From: Candidatus Latescibacterota bacterium
Lineage (GTDB): Bacteria > Latescibacterota > UBA2968 > UBA8231
NCBI GenBank assembly: GCA_965197905.1
Contig: CBDAOB010000005.1
Span: 1,664,001-1,728,000 of the forward strand
Direction: 5' to 3'
Length of the DNA stretch: 64,000 bases
Each line of letters opens with the position of its first letter. The first letter of the stretch is position 1. The notes below the pieces were generated by a model, which saw only the letters and a program-made list of their open reading frames with translations, was not told the origin of the DNA and did no database searches. A program made the position numbers and the translations under genes. Shown piece by piece: positions 39,863-49,680 of the stretch.

Positions 39863-40759
39863 ATGGTTGAGACATTGGGCGCAGGGGTTATATCTGACCG
39901 AAAACAGATAGCGGACTTCCTTGCGCTTACGAAGCCGCGATTGGTACTGATGGTGCTGATTGCTACGCTCGCCGGCTTCTATCTCGGCTCCGTGGGAAGG
40001 TTTGATTGGATTCATCTGCTCAATACGCTTATCGGAACGGCACTCGCAGCCGGTGGATCTATTGCGTTGAACCAATATATCGAGCGCGACTTGGATGCAA
40101 AGATGAGGCGCACGAGACTTCGTCCCTTACCTGATGGACGACTTCAGCCCGACGGAGCACTGATTTTTGCCGTCGCGATTTCGCTCGGCGGAGTGCTCTA
40201 TCTATTGTTTACAGTAAATGCACTCAGCAGCCTTTTTGCTGCAATGACTGTGAGTAGCTACATATTTCTCTACACGCCTATGAAGCGCAAAACTGCATTC
40301 TGTACTGTCATAGGTGCGATTCCGGGGGCACTGCCTCCGGTGGGCGGTTGGGTAGCGGCACAAGGCTCTTTGGGCCTTGGAGCTTGGGTGCTCTTTGCCA
40401 TCATGTTCTTCTGGCAGATACCTCATTCGCTAGCTATTGGCTGGCTGGATCGCATCGACTATGAGCGGGCCGGCTTGAAGTTGCTTCCTGTTATCCACCC
40501 CGACGGAAGGAGTACAGGGCACCAAGTTGTGACCAACTGTCTGGCACTTCTTGCTATCGGCTTAATACCGACACTTATGGGGCTTGCGGGTTCGATCTAT
40601 TTCTTTACCGCTTTCGTGGTGGGAATCGTATTCCTCTGGTATGGGGTTCGTTTCGCAATTTTCCGCTCTACGGTAGCCGCACGGCGTCTGTTGTTGGCTT
40701 CGTACTTGTATATACCGCTTCAGCTTGGAATGATGTCATTCGATAAGCTGCCCTTTTAG
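39863..40759 (+). CDS. ctaB: Protoheme IX farnesyltransferase (heme o synthase)
   Basis: LTKPRL, NQYIERDLDAKMRRTRLRPLPDG, GAIPGALPP, FWQIPH. Confidence 0.95.
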   Translation: MVETLGAGVISDRKQIADFLALTKPRLVLMVLIATLAGFYLGSVGRFDWIHLLNTLIGTALAAGGSIALNQYIERDLDAKMRRTRLRPLPDGRLQPDGALIFAVAISLGGVLYLLFTVNALSSLFAAMTVSSYIFLYTPMKRKTAFCTVIGAIPGALPPVGGWVAAQGSLGLGAWVLFAIMFFWQIPHSLAIGWLDRIDYERAGLKLLPVIHPDGRSTGHQVVTNCLALLAIGLIPTLMGLAGSIYFFTAFVVGIVFLWYGVRFAIFRSTVAARRLLLASYLYIPLQLGMMSFDKLPF

Positions 40760-40859
40760 CAGAAAGCACCGCTTTCCGGCGCTTCGCTTCGGGATTGTTG
40801 GGGGAGAGAAACTAGCTGTATGAATCGCTGCGGGGCGGGAAGTGTTGCAGGAGAAGAAA

Positions 40860-40970
40860 GTGGGCAATCAGGATTTAGAGCAACGAAACCAACGTGTAAG
40901 ATTGATCCTGCTAGCAATAGTGATTTTTCTCATTGTATTCACGGTAATCACCGTAGTTGTTCGGAATTAA
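40860..40970 (+). CDS. Small single-TM protein, 36 aa (not in ORF track)
   Basis: AGGAG RBS, then GTG: MGNQDLEQRNQRVRLILLAIVIFLIVFTVITVVVRN*; inside the oxidase operon. Confidence 0.65.
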   Translation: MGNQDLEQRNQRVRLILLAIVIFLIVFTVITVVVRN

Positions 40971-41006
40971 AGTTGGAATTAGCCGTATGGATGTAGAAGA
41001 GTAAAG

Positions 41007-41708
41007 ATGTCAACAGGAACCTTGGATATTGACCATAGCGTAAAGGAAGCTACGGGAGCCAGGGATATTGGAGAGGGGTTGCCACCCATATTCCCTCCAG
41101 ATCCCGGCGACAACAACCGTGGCGATGACAATAACCGTGGTGATGGTGAAGATGAGCAACCCGTAGGCAATGTCTACATTGGCATGCTGTTGTTCGTAGG
41201 GGCAGAAGTGATGTTTTTTGCCGGGCTAATCGGTGCCTTTATCGTATTCCGTTTCGGAAGCTCGATGTGGCCGCCACCCCTTCAGCCTCGTCTACCTGTC
41301 GAAGTAACCGGTGTTAACACCGCTATCTTGCTTCTCAGTGCCTACACCATGTATCTAGCTTGGAGGGCGGCAATAGGTGGAAATAGGAGCAGGCTCCTAC
41401 AAGGATTGTGGATGACAGCAATTCTTGGAACAATCTTTCTTGCTGTGCAAGGGTACGAGTGGATTAGGCTTCTGGGATTTGGTCTCACCATGTCATCAAG
41501 CGTTTACGGAGCAACTTTTTATACATTGATTGGCTGCCATGGTCTTCATGTGTTTGGCGCATTGTGCTGGTTGCTTGTGGTTCTAACAATGGCGAGAAGC
41601 AATCGGTTCTCAGCAAAGAAGCATGTTGCCTTGGACCTCTGCGGAATCTACTGGGGCTTTGTAACAGTTCTCTGGCCCGTTCTTTATGCGCTTGTTTATC
41701 TGAATTGA
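41007..41708 (+). CDS. ctaE: Heme-copper oxidase subunit III (first copy)
   Basis: GMLLFVGAEVMFFAGL, NTAILLLS, GCHGLHV, YWGFV. Confidence 0.88.
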   Translation: MSTGTLDIDHSVKEATGARDIGEGLPPIFPPDPGDNNRGDDNNRGDGEDEQPVGNVYIGMLLFVGAEVMFFAGLIGAFIVFRFGSSMWPPPLQPRLPVEVTGVNTAILLLSAYTMYLAWRAAIGGNRSRLLQGLWMTAILGTIFLAVQGYEWIRLLGFGLTMSSSVYGATFYTLIGCHGLHVFGALCWLLVVLTMARSNRFSAKKHVALDLCGIYWGFVTVLWPVLYALVYLN

Positions 41709-41725
41709 GGCAGAAACGAAGGCTA

Positions 41726-42007
41726 ATGCCAAATAAATGTTTGACAATTGTTCTTGGGATCATACTCATGGTCTTACTAATCCCCATTACCGTGCACGCG
41801 TGTCCGATGTGCGTGGAAGCCTTGAAGGGCTCGGAGGTGGGTCGTGGTTTCAATACAAGCATTCTATTCCTTCTATTGATGCCCTTTGCCCTTGTTAGCT
41901 CGATCGGTGGTGGATTGTTTTTCTATCTACGCCGGAATTCACCTTCACGCCAGAAACAAAATACCTATGTAACAGCTAACTCCAATGTGGAAGGAGAGCA
42001 ACGTTGA
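41726..42007 (+). CDS. Small exported/membrane protein with ACPMC motif
   Basis: Signal-like helix ending VHA, then CPMC, GFNTSILFLLLMPF TM helix; stop overlaps the next start. Confidence 0.7.
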   Translation: MPNKCLTIVLGIILMVLLIPITVHACPMCVEALKGSEVGRGFNTSILFLLLMPFALVSSIGGGLFFYLRRNSPSRQKQNTYVTANSNVEGEQR

Positions 42008-42621
42008 CTCAAGCTACTGCTATGGCAGCAACTGTCGATCCTGCGGAATCTCCACTTACCCCTGAGAGCTGGGGCAAGCTTGGAATGTGGATATTCCTCG
42101 CGGGAGATGCGATGTCGTTTGGAACCCTGCTTGCTGGTTATGGCGCCCTGCGAGCTGGAAGCACCGACTGGCCTAACCCGGCAGAAGTGCTCGGCATACC
42201 CCTCACTGCCTTCATGACCTTTCTGCTGATCTGCAGCAGTGTGACCATGGTGAAGGCCTTGTCAGCAATCAAGCATGGCAACTCAAAGGGAATGCGGAAC
42301 TATTTACTGTTGACCATTCTGGGTGGTCTGATTTTCCTGGGCTGCCAAGCATACGAATGGACAGTCCTGATTAATGGGGGTCTTGGTTTTAGTACTAATC
42401 CTTATGGGAATTATCTCTTTGGCACAACCTTCTTTGCCATTACAGGTTTTCACGGGGCCCACGTTACCGGGGGCGTCATATATCTCACATGCATAGTGGT
42501 GCGTGGAATGCGCGGCAAATACTCAGCTGCGAATTACGACCACGTTGAGATCCTCGGGTTATACTGGCATTTCGTAGACCTTGTATGGATCATGGTGTTT
42601 ACCTTTGTCTACTTGCTCTAG
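42004..42621 (+). CDS. ctaE: Heme-copper oxidase subunit III (second copy)
   Basis: [43 protein letters not shown]. Confidence 0.92.
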   Translation: MTQATAMAATVDPAESPLTPESWGKLGMWIFLAGDAMSFGTLLAGYGALRAGSTDWPNPAEVLGIPLTAFMTFLLICSSVTMVKALSAIKHGNSKGMRNYLLLTILGGLIFLGCQAYEWTVLINGGLGFSTNPYGNYLFGTTFFAITGFHGAHVTGGVIYLTCIVVRGMRGKYSAANYDHVEILGLYWHFVDLVWIMVFTFVYLL

Positions 42622-42712
42622 TAGCAGAGTCAGAAATTGGCAAGAATTTTAGCGTTCAGAAATCAAATTTCGTGGGATCTGGTCATACTTTCATAGTGGG
42701 GAAAGAAAAACA

Positions 42713-43033
42713 ATGACAGATAATCACCAAGAACCGAACTACATGGGTGTGTTCTATTTGTTGGCAGTTCTCACGGTTGTTGAGATCGGTATCATATATG
42801 TGCCGATAGCCAAACTGATCATAGCATTCATGCTGGTTATCCTGGCTGTAGCTAAGGCTGCGCTTGTTGGTATGTATTTTATGCACCTGAAATTTGAGAA
42901 ACGTACGCTGGGTATGATTGCTCTGACTCCAATGGTGATCTGTACCCTACTGATATTCGCGCTCATTCCAGACCTAACCGGAACTCCTCATCAATCATCG
43001 GCGCAGACCACTGAGGAGCAATCTGCTCGATAG
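42713..43033 (+). CDS. ctaF: Cytochrome c oxidase subunit IV family protein
   Basis: LAVLTVVE, KAALVGMYFMHLKFE. Confidence 0.88.
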   Translation: MTDNHQEPNYMGVFYLLAVLTVVEIGIIYVPIAKLIIAFMLVILAVAKAALVGMYFMHLKFEKRTLGMIALTPMVICTLLIFALIPDLTGTPHQSSAQTTEEQSAR

Positions 43034-43080
43034 TCTCTCCATCCAAAACGCAACACTCACCGAACTGCAAAGGAACTGCG

Positions 43081-43806
43081 ATGAAACTGAGGATCAGACA
43101 GCCCCTCACAGCTGTGACGATGATTGCATTGACTGTGGCCCTGTCCGGTATAGTCCGAGCCCAGGGCGCCGGAGGGTCAATCAGCGGCTCGATCAAATAC
43201 GATGGCAAGGCACCGGCAGCGAAGAAGCTGGCGGTCAGTAAGGACGTGAACGTCTGCGCCGTGGACGAGAAATTCTCTGAGGAGCTTGTCGTCTCAGCCG
43301 AGGGTGGTATCCAAAATGTCTTCGTGCAGGTGCTCGGGGCCAAGGGCGAGGTCGTAATCCCCAAGGAGCGACCCTCTGTCGTGCAAAAGGGATGTCAATT
43401 CATTCCGCATATTCAGGTCATCCCTGCCGGTTCGAGAGTGAACATCATGAACGAGGATGGCATCGCTCACAATCTCCATACGCTCAGCGAGAAGAATCCG
43501 GCCTTTAATCGACTGCAGCCCGGTGTCAAGAAGAGGATGATTACCCGAAAGAACGATCTGCTAATTCCGGAGATCATACCGCTGAAGTGTGATCTTCACG
43601 GTTGGATGAAGGCGTGGATCGTCGTGACCGATCACCCCTATCACGCCATATCCGATCAGGAGGGGTCGTATCAGATTCCCGGTATTCCGCCGGGGACGTA
43701 CACGGTTCAGTTCTGGCACGAAACCCTGGGGCTACAGTCGCAGGAAGTGACCGTGAAGACCGGGGCCGATGCAGGTGTCAGCGTAGCGTTCAAGGCCGGA
43801 ACGTAA
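43081..43806 (+). CDS. Secreted cupredoxin-like / carboxypeptidase-regulatory-like domain protein
   Basis: Signal peptide; QKGCQFIPH, NEDGIAHNLH, KCDLHGWM, HPYHAIS...GTYTVQFWHE. Confidence 0.75.
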   Translation: MKLRIRQPLTAVTMIALTVALSGIVRAQGAGGSISGSIKYDGKAPAAKKLAVSKDVNVCAVDEKFSEELVVSAEGGIQNVFVQVLGAKGEVVIPKERPSVVQKGCQFIPHIQVIPAGSRVNIMNEDGIAHNLHTLSEKNPAFNRLQPGVKKRMITRKNDLLIPEIIPLKCDLHGWMKAWIVVTDHPYHAISDQEGSYQIPGIPPGTYTVQFWHETLGLQSQEVTVKTGADAGVSVAFKAGT

Positions 43807-43890
43807 GTCGAATAGACCGGATGCACAGATCCATCGCTTAGCGGGCACAACCTAGGCCCTGCGGGAATTCTTCGTATTCCTGGTGTTTCT

Positions 43891-44250
43891 TCAGATTGTG
43901 CGTACGATGGCAAGTATTGCGTTGTGGGGTACAACTACATACTTCTCGTTTTCGAATTTTATTTCGATGGCATCCTTGCGCAGAAAGATGGCGTGATCAC
44001 TTTTCTGGGCTTGCAGAGGAATATATCGCATGTGTTCTTCACCCGCCTTCCAAGGTGATTCGTCCTCCGCGGATTTTGGCGGCAGCGGGATTCCAGGGCC
44101 TATCTCCTCGACGAAACCGCTCTGCACCGTCTCTTTTTCCAACGCCGTTGGGGGCAGATAGAGCCCGACTTCAGTGCGTTCCTCCGTGCTATCCAGTCGG
44201 ATAAGGACTCGATCCCCAACTACAAGTAGCTCTTTGTCACCTCTGATCAT
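43891..44250 (-). CDS. GroES-like co-chaperonin
   Basis: VGDRVLI, TEVGLYLP, GFVEEIGPG, EIKFENEKYVVVPHNAILA; no groEL adjacent. Confidence 0.85.
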   Translation of the reverse strand: MIRGDKELLVVGDRVLIRLDSTEERTEVGLYLPPTALEKETVQSGFVEEIGPGIPLPPKSAEDESPWKAGEEHMRYIPLQAQKSDHAIFLRKDAIEIKFENEKYVVVPHNAILAIVRTI

Positions 44251-44330
44251 CTTGTAGCCGTATCTCCGTTTTTTCTTGTGTCACCCTTATGAGTTGGGCA
44301 AAATCTTGACCTAGTGCATCTGCTGTCCGC

Positions 44331-45092
44331 TTATGCAGGCGGCCGAGCGGCGGCTGCTGCCGCCCCAACTATGCCAGCCTGATTCCGCATGTGAGCGGGA
44401 ACGACCTTGGTATCCACCTCCAGATGCAGCAGGAACTTTTCGTGTTTCTTGCTTACTCCTCCCCCTACGATAATCAAGTCCGGCCAGACGTAGAATTGAA
44501 TTCTCTTAAAGTATTTGTCCAGCCTCCGCGCCCACGTTTTCCACGGGAGCTTCTTCTTCTCGCGCACGCTGCCCGCCGCCCACGACTCGGCATCGCGACC
44601 ATCGATTTCAATATGTCCCAATTCGGTATTAGGCACCAGATGGCCGTCAACGAACAAAGCCGTCCCAATGCCAGTGCCGAGGGTCACGACAAGGACTACC
44701 CCGTTTTGACCGCGCCCGGCGCCGAAGCGCATCTCAGCCACTCCAGCAGCATCAGCATCATTGAGCACGGTGACCCTTCGTTCGGTCGCTTCCCCGAACA
44801 GCTGCTCAACGTTTTGTCCAATCCACTTCTTTGAAATATTCGAGGCGATCTTGACCTGTCCCGACCGGATGGCGGCTGGGAATCCGCAGCCGACTGGACC
44901 TTCCCATTCGAAATGATTGACGAATTCTCCCACCTTAGCCGATACGGCGGCAGGCGTTGCCGGCTGTGGAGTTAGGACTCTCCAGCGCTCCCCCACCAGG
45001 ATACCCCGTTCCACGTCAACTGCGGCACCCTTGATACCCGTTCCGCCGATATCGATGCCGAGAGACAGGTTGTCTGTTTCCTGCGATGCCAT
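44331..45092 (-). CDS. ppgK: Polyphosphate glucokinase (ROK family)
   Basis: [57 protein letters not shown]. Confidence 0.9.
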   Translation of the reverse strand: MASQETDNLSLGIDIGGTGIKGAAVDVERGILVGERWRVLTPQPATPAAVSAKVGEFVNHFEWEGPVGCGFPAAIRSGQVKIASNISKKWIGQNVEQLFGEATERRVTVLNDADAAGVAEMRFGAGRGQNGVVLVVTLGTGIGTALFVDGHLVPNTELGHIEIDGRDAESWAAGSVREKKKLPWKTWARRLDKYFKRIQFYVWPDLIIVGGGVSKKHEKFLLHLEVDTKVVPAHMRNQAGIVGAAAAAARPPA

Positions 45093-45124
45093 GCGATCTA
45101 GCTTCCAGGCCGTCAATTTTATGG

Positions 45125-46474
45125 CTACTGCGCGGAGAGCATGCCGGTCGCCTGCTCGAGCCTGACCAGAGCGACCGCCCTATCGTGCTCTGCCGTGGCC
45201 AGGTCAGCCTCTGACTGGCTGATCACCAGTTGGGCATCCAGGAGCTCCAGCTGGGTCCCAAGCCCGTTGATATACCTCGACTGCGCCATCGACAGACCGG
45301 TCTCGGCCAGCCCGAGTGCTCCCTGCTGGCTTGCAAGTCGCGATGCGGATGCCCGGAGATCGAGCCAGGCCTGCTTGACTTCCAGACCGATAATCTTCGC
45401 GACACGCTGCTTTTCGAGCTCCGACTTGCGAAGTTCAATGTTTGCCTCTTCTATCTTCGATCGCGTCAACAGACCATCGAAAATCGGAAACGTCAACGAC
45501 AAACCTGTGCTCAAGCTTTTGCGCCATTCCTCGCCAGCGAGGTCCAATTTGTCGGATTGTAGCTGCATCTGTCCATTGGCTACAAAAGAAATCTCGGGTC
45601 TCAATCCTGCCCGCTCGACATCCACATCTCGGCGTCTGGCCCGTACCAGGGCTCCCAGCTGCTGCATCTCCGGCCGCTGTTGCAAAGCCAGGGCGACAAG
45701 CCTGCCCAGACTGTCTGTTGGAACAGCCACGTCGCGATCGAAACCTCCAACGAGCATCAGTTCCCTATCCAGGTCGATCCCGACAAGCCGCTTGAAATCG
45801 GCCCGGGACATGTCCAATCCGTTTCGCACCCGGATAGAATCGCTCTCCAACACGTTTATCTGCACACGAGCGCGCACGAGATCGTATTCCAGAGCGCGTC
45901 CAGCACGACGCAACGCCCCCACCTGGCGCAAATTTGACCGCGCGCGGGTCAGCGCGGAGGCACTCACCTTATCGAGCTCGATGCCAAGCATCACCGAGTA
46001 GAACCCCTCCTCTACCAATGCCCGGGTCTGTTGCTGGATGCCACGTTGCGTGGCTATGGAATACCTGGTGAGATTTCGCGCGGAAGATCTGGAGGCTCTG
46101 ATCCTGCCACCGCTGTACAAAGCCTGCGAAAGGAGCAGATTCCCGGTAAGGCTATTGTCCGTACCAATGCTGAAACGTTCGCGGCCGGTTGGGGTATCGA
46201 ATACCAGCGTTGGTAGCAGCCACGAGCGACTGTAGCCTAGGGACAGATCGACGCGCGGCAGACCGCCGGCCCGCGCCTGACCGTACTCGGCCTTCGACTT
46301 GTCCACGTCCTCCCTGGCCATACGCACCTCTTCATTCTGTTGAAGCGCGCGTTCGATCGCCTCAGGGAGTGTCAGCGTAATCAGAGCAGTCAGTTCAGTG
46401 GAAAAAAGCTGCGTGGCGCTCAGCACCCAAACGCCCAGAGCCATGCGGAACGTGCCCACCCCCAACCCTCTCAC
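45125..46474 (-). CDS. TolC-family outer membrane efflux protein
   Basis: [48 protein letters not shown] start just after the upstream stop. Confidence 0.88.
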   Translation of the reverse strand: MRGLGVGTFRMALGVWVLSATQLFSTELTALITLTLPEAIERALQQNEEVRMAREDVDKSKAEYGQARAGGLPRVDLSLGYSRSWLLPTLVFDTPTGRERFSIGTDNSLTGNLLLSQALYSGGRIRASRSSARNLTRYSIATQRGIQQQTRALVEEGFYSVMLGIELDKVSASALTRARSNLRQVGALRRAGRALEYDLVRARVQINVLESDSIRVRNGLDMSRADFKRLVGIDLDRELMLVGGFDRDVAVPTDSLGRLVALALQQRPEMQQLGALVRARRRDVDVERAGLRPEISFVANGQMQLQSDKLDLAGEEWRKSLSTGLSLTFPIFDGLLTRSKIEEANIELRKSELEKQRVAKIIGLEVKQAWLDLRASASRLASQQGALGLAETGLSMAQSRYINGLGTQLELLDAQLVISQSEADLATAEHDRAVALVRLEQATGMLSAQ

Positions 46475-46476
46475 CT

Positions 46477-47379
46477 CTACTCTGCTGCTTCGGGACCCGT
46501 GGTTTTGTCGTCTACCAACGCGTCTTCGAGATCGTCCTTGGCCAGCCCCTCCACATCCCGCAGATCGGCGCCACGAAGATTCGTCTCGAAGAGCTCGCAC
46601 CCTTGCATCTTTGCTCGGCGCAGGATGGCCCCTTCCAGGTTGGCCGCGCAGAGGTTGGCCCCTTTGAGGTCTGCACCCTCCAGGTCCGCTCCTTGAAGAT
46701 CGGCGTTCTGCAGATCGCACATGAAGAGGTTGGATTCCTGCAGTTTGGCCTTCTTCAGCATCGCCCCTTGGAGATTGGCTTCGCACAGGTCGGCCCTTCT
46801 GAAGTCGGCGTGATCGAGCGCGGCTTCCTCTAACACCGCCTCCCGCATCTTGGCCCCGACGAAGTTCGCCCCGCTCCCCTTGACCTTCTTCAGGTTCGAC
46901 TTGTCCATCAAGGCCTCCAGCAGGTCTGCAGAGCGCAGGTCAGCCAGGAAGAAGTCGACGTTCTGAAGCTCCGCTTTCTGCAGATTCGACTCGCGCAGGT
47001 CGCCGCCCCGCAAAACCGCGCCCTGCAGATACTGCTCCCGCAGGTTGCAGCGGCCCAGGTTAGCACGCTCCCCTTCTTTTGATTTCGAGGTCACCCAAAG
47101 CCGATGCCGGTCGAGGATGTGTTCGAATTCGTCAGGGGTGAATTCGCGCAGCGCTTGTTGACCCTGAGTCTCGCGCTCGGGATCCGCTGGAGCTTCTTCC
47201 CCACGTCCGGCTGCAGCTTGGACAACGGGTTTATCCTGCTTAATCACACCCGTATCCTTGGCCTCTCCCGACGAGTGCGAAACTTTGGCGGCTTTCTTCT
47301 TTCCAGCTTTCTTCTTTTGCTGTCCGCGCTTGGCAACTGCGGACTTCAGCTTGGAAAGAACCTTCCTTTTTGCTGCCAC
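46477..47379 (-). CDS. Pentapeptide-repeat protein
   Basis: Extended ADL/ANL-type pentapeptide repeats after a Lys-rich N-terminus. Confidence 0.9.
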   Translation of the reverse strand: MAAKRKVLSKLKSAVAKRGQQKKKAGKKKAAKVSHSSGEAKDTGVIKQDKPVVQAAAGRGEEAPADPERETQGQQALREFTPDEFEHILDRHRLWVTSKSKEGERANLGRCNLREQYLQGAVLRGGDLRESNLQKAELQNVDFFLADLRSADLLEALMDKSNLKKVKGSGANFVGAKMREAVLEEAALDHADFRRADLCEANLQGAMLKKAKLQESNLFMCDLQNADLQGADLEGADLKGANLCAANLEGAILRRAKMQGCELFETNLRGADLRDVEGLAKDDLEDALVDDKTTGPEAAE

Positions 47380-47413
47380 CTAAAACCCTTTCTCGAGCGA
47401 GAACCGCACCAAT

Positions 47414-47755
47414 TCAATCCTTCTTTCTCTTCAGCATCGAACGCAGGGACTCGGCAACCTGCTCAGGCTTCTCCTCGACTCTTTTTTGCACCCTCTCTTT
47501 GGTGGCTTCCCCCACTTCCACGAGTCGGGTAAATTCATCTTCGGAGACATGATCGCGTGCCTCGCCATAAACCTGAGTCTGTTGTTTCTTTTTGCCGCCG
47601 AGGCTATTTAGGAACCACATGAGAAACAGGAAAACTCCGACTCCAGAGGCCAATGCAAACAGGAGCGACCCGGTTCGCATCCACAGGTGCCCCGAGGCGA
47701 GCCCCGCCAACGCCGCGGCCAATATGGCGACCAGCGATTTATTTATGGACAGCAT
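47414..47755 (-). CDS. Small membrane protein (two TM helices)
   Basis: MLSINK... two hydrophobic helices and a charged tail EEKPEQVAESLRSMLK. Confidence 0.6.
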   Translation of the reverse strand: MLSINKSLVAILAAALAGLASGHLWMRTGSLLFALASGVGVFLFLMWFLNSLGGKKKQQTQVYGEARDHVSEDEFTRLVEVGEATKERVQKRVEEKPEQVAESLRSMLKRKKD

Positions 47756-47846
47756 TATTTCTTGAGAGCGCTCCGATTGATTGTGGAAAATATACGCCAT
47801 TCTGTAAGCGGGAAACAGAGGATCTCCCTATCTTCGCCCCAGTCCG

Positions 47847-48065
47847 ATGATTGGCGAAATCTTGAATCTCATTCTCGGCGCGGGCGCGACGGTGGGCTAC
47901 TTGTACGCATGGCGACGGGCGACGTTGCCAAGAGAGCAGAATGGCCGCTCGAGGATGCGGTTGCGCCTCTGGCAGCTGCTGTTCCTTCTGGGGATAACCC
48001 CTTACGTGCTTTTGGTGTTTTTCATGATGGATTTGTTGGCGCGGAGATTCGGGAGCAGTCCGTGA
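47847..48065 (+). CDS. Small membrane protein
   Basis: 72-aa ORF with two hydrophobic segments. Confidence 0.45.
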   Translation: MIGEILNLILGAGATVGYLYAWRRATLPREQNGRSRMRLRLWQLLFLLGITPYVLLVFFMMDLLARRFGSSP

Positions 48066-48222
48066 CCCCCCACATCGATCATTGCGCCGTGGCACAACCG
48101 ATTCGGGTATTCGCCCCTTGTAAATCTGACCCATATGCCTTTACTTTTACGTTTTTAGTGAGCACGACTTATCGGTCCAGCAGCTGCGGCAAATCCGCGC
48201 TGCGAATGAAGGAGGCAGGCTG

Positions 48223-49005
48223 TTGAGATTCACAATTCCGGCTCTGGTAGTGGCCCTTTTTGGCCTATCATGTGGTACGAGTTCACACGACTACAGCGAA
48301 GGACTTCCCGAAAACGCGATCGACGAATTTATCGACGCCGCCTACACGGGTAACCTGGACAAGGTCAAGGCCTTGATAGATGCCGGCATCGACGTAAATG
48401 GCCAGGACGAACACTACATGAGCGCCCTTGGCTGGGCAACCCGTCGCTACCATGTGGATATCGTCAAGATGCTGTTGGCAGCCGGGGCAGACCCAAACAC
48501 TAAACGACGCAAGAACGTTTCAGTGTTGATGGATGCGGCCTTCTATTCCAACGAGGAGGTGTTGAAGCTGCTCATCGACGCCGGGGCCGAATTGAACGCA
48601 CAGTCGGAATCGGGAGGAAACGCGCTAAAATCCGCCGTCGACAAGGGTAGGTTGAGCATGGTGAAGGCACTCATAGCGGCCGGCGCCGACGTAGATATCA
48701 AGAATGAGGCCGGATACACGCCCCTCTACAAGTCCCTGGCGGAGCGCTACGAAGAGATGGCCATCCAATTTATAGCAGCGGGCGCCGAGCTCGACACCAG
48801 ACATGGAAACCGTGCAACACCCCTCATCCAGGCTGTCCACTTCAACTTGGGTGACGCCGTCAAGGCGATGGTCGAGGGGGGTGCGGATCTTACGCTCCAG
48901 GATAAAAGTGGCAAGACAGCGCTCGATTGGGCCGTTTCGTCGAGACGAACGGAAATCGCCAAGTACCTGGCAGGCGCGGGCGCCAAGCCTGGAGAAGAGT
49001 TGTAA
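48223..49005 (+). CDS. Ankyrin-repeat lipoprotein
   Basis: Lipobox GLSC; repeated VKxLIxAGADVN and GxTPL/TAL units; AAGGAGG RBS. Confidence 0.9.
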   Translation: MRFTIPALVVALFGLSCGTSSHDYSEGLPENAIDEFIDAAYTGNLDKVKALIDAGIDVNGQDEHYMSALGWATRRYHVDIVKMLLAAGADPNTKRRKNVSVLMDAAFYSNEEVLKLLIDAGAELNAQSESGGNALKSAVDKGRLSMVKALIAAGADVDIKNEAGYTPLYKSLAERYEEMAIQFIAAGAELDTRHGNRATPLIQAVHFNLGDAVKAMVEGGADLTLQDKSGKTALDWAVSSRRTEIAKYLAGAGAKPGEEL

Positions 49006-49032
49006 GGGGACCAGGACGAGGTCGGCGAACCA

Positions 49033-49680
49033 ATGCTTCAGCTGCTGGTCATCACCCTCGGCATGTGGGTTGGGGTAGGCGCAACCCAGGCCCTCGTAAA
49101 ATCAGGCTCCAAGGAGATTCGTGAAGAAGAAGGCGAACACTCACTCAGCCTGACCCAGGACGAGGTCGAACGCCTGCAAGCGCTTCTACTAAAGAAAGGG
49201 ATCCGCGTCGACTCGGGTGAAGACGTCGACCCCGGGATTAGACTGGTCGCCAACCTTTCCCCGCTCACACCTACTGCTACGATAGGCTCAGGCGGAAACT
49301 GCTCGGTTCAGTATCGAGGTATCGTGATTTCGGCCGCGGCAGACCTGGCCTCTTATGCCGAAGCCAACGCCGTCGATTTCGAGGTTGGGGCCGGTGACCT
49401 CGTCGCCTCTGTTCGGCTCGATCTGGGAATCGGCTGGGTCGGCCAGCGCAGATACTTTCTTGAAGTTCGGCACACCGACGGCTCCGGACCGCTGGAGATT
49501 ACCGGCAAAGGTGAGCTCCTCGCTGAGGCGGGCATGGAAGAGGCAGAATCGCTGCTGACGGAACCGTTTGTCATCACCGGAACCCCGGACGGCGATAGCT
49601 CCTACCGTATCGAGATCCGTGGAGGGCCAGCGGCAGTCACTGGCACCCTGGGTAAGATTCGGCTCTACCGGCTGAAATAA
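49033..49680 (+). CDS. Hypothetical protein with N-terminal TM helix
   Basis: Clean 215-aa ORF after the ankyrin gene. Confidence 0.6.
   Translation: MLQLLVITLGMWVGVGATQALVKSGSKEIREEEGEHSLSLTQDEVERLQALLLKKGIRVDSGEDVDPGIRLVANLSPLTPTATIGSGGNCSVQYRGIVISAAADLASYAEANAVDFEVGAGDLVASVRLDLGIGWVGQRRYFLEVRHTDGSGPLEITGKGELLAEAGMEEAESLLTEPFVITGTPDGDSSYRIEIRGGPAAVTGTLGKIRLYRLK

Noticed and set aside
41105..41146. Tandem 18-bp repeat encoding GDNNRGDDNNRGDG
   Set aside because: Two-copy low-complexity coding repeat in a linker; not an array.
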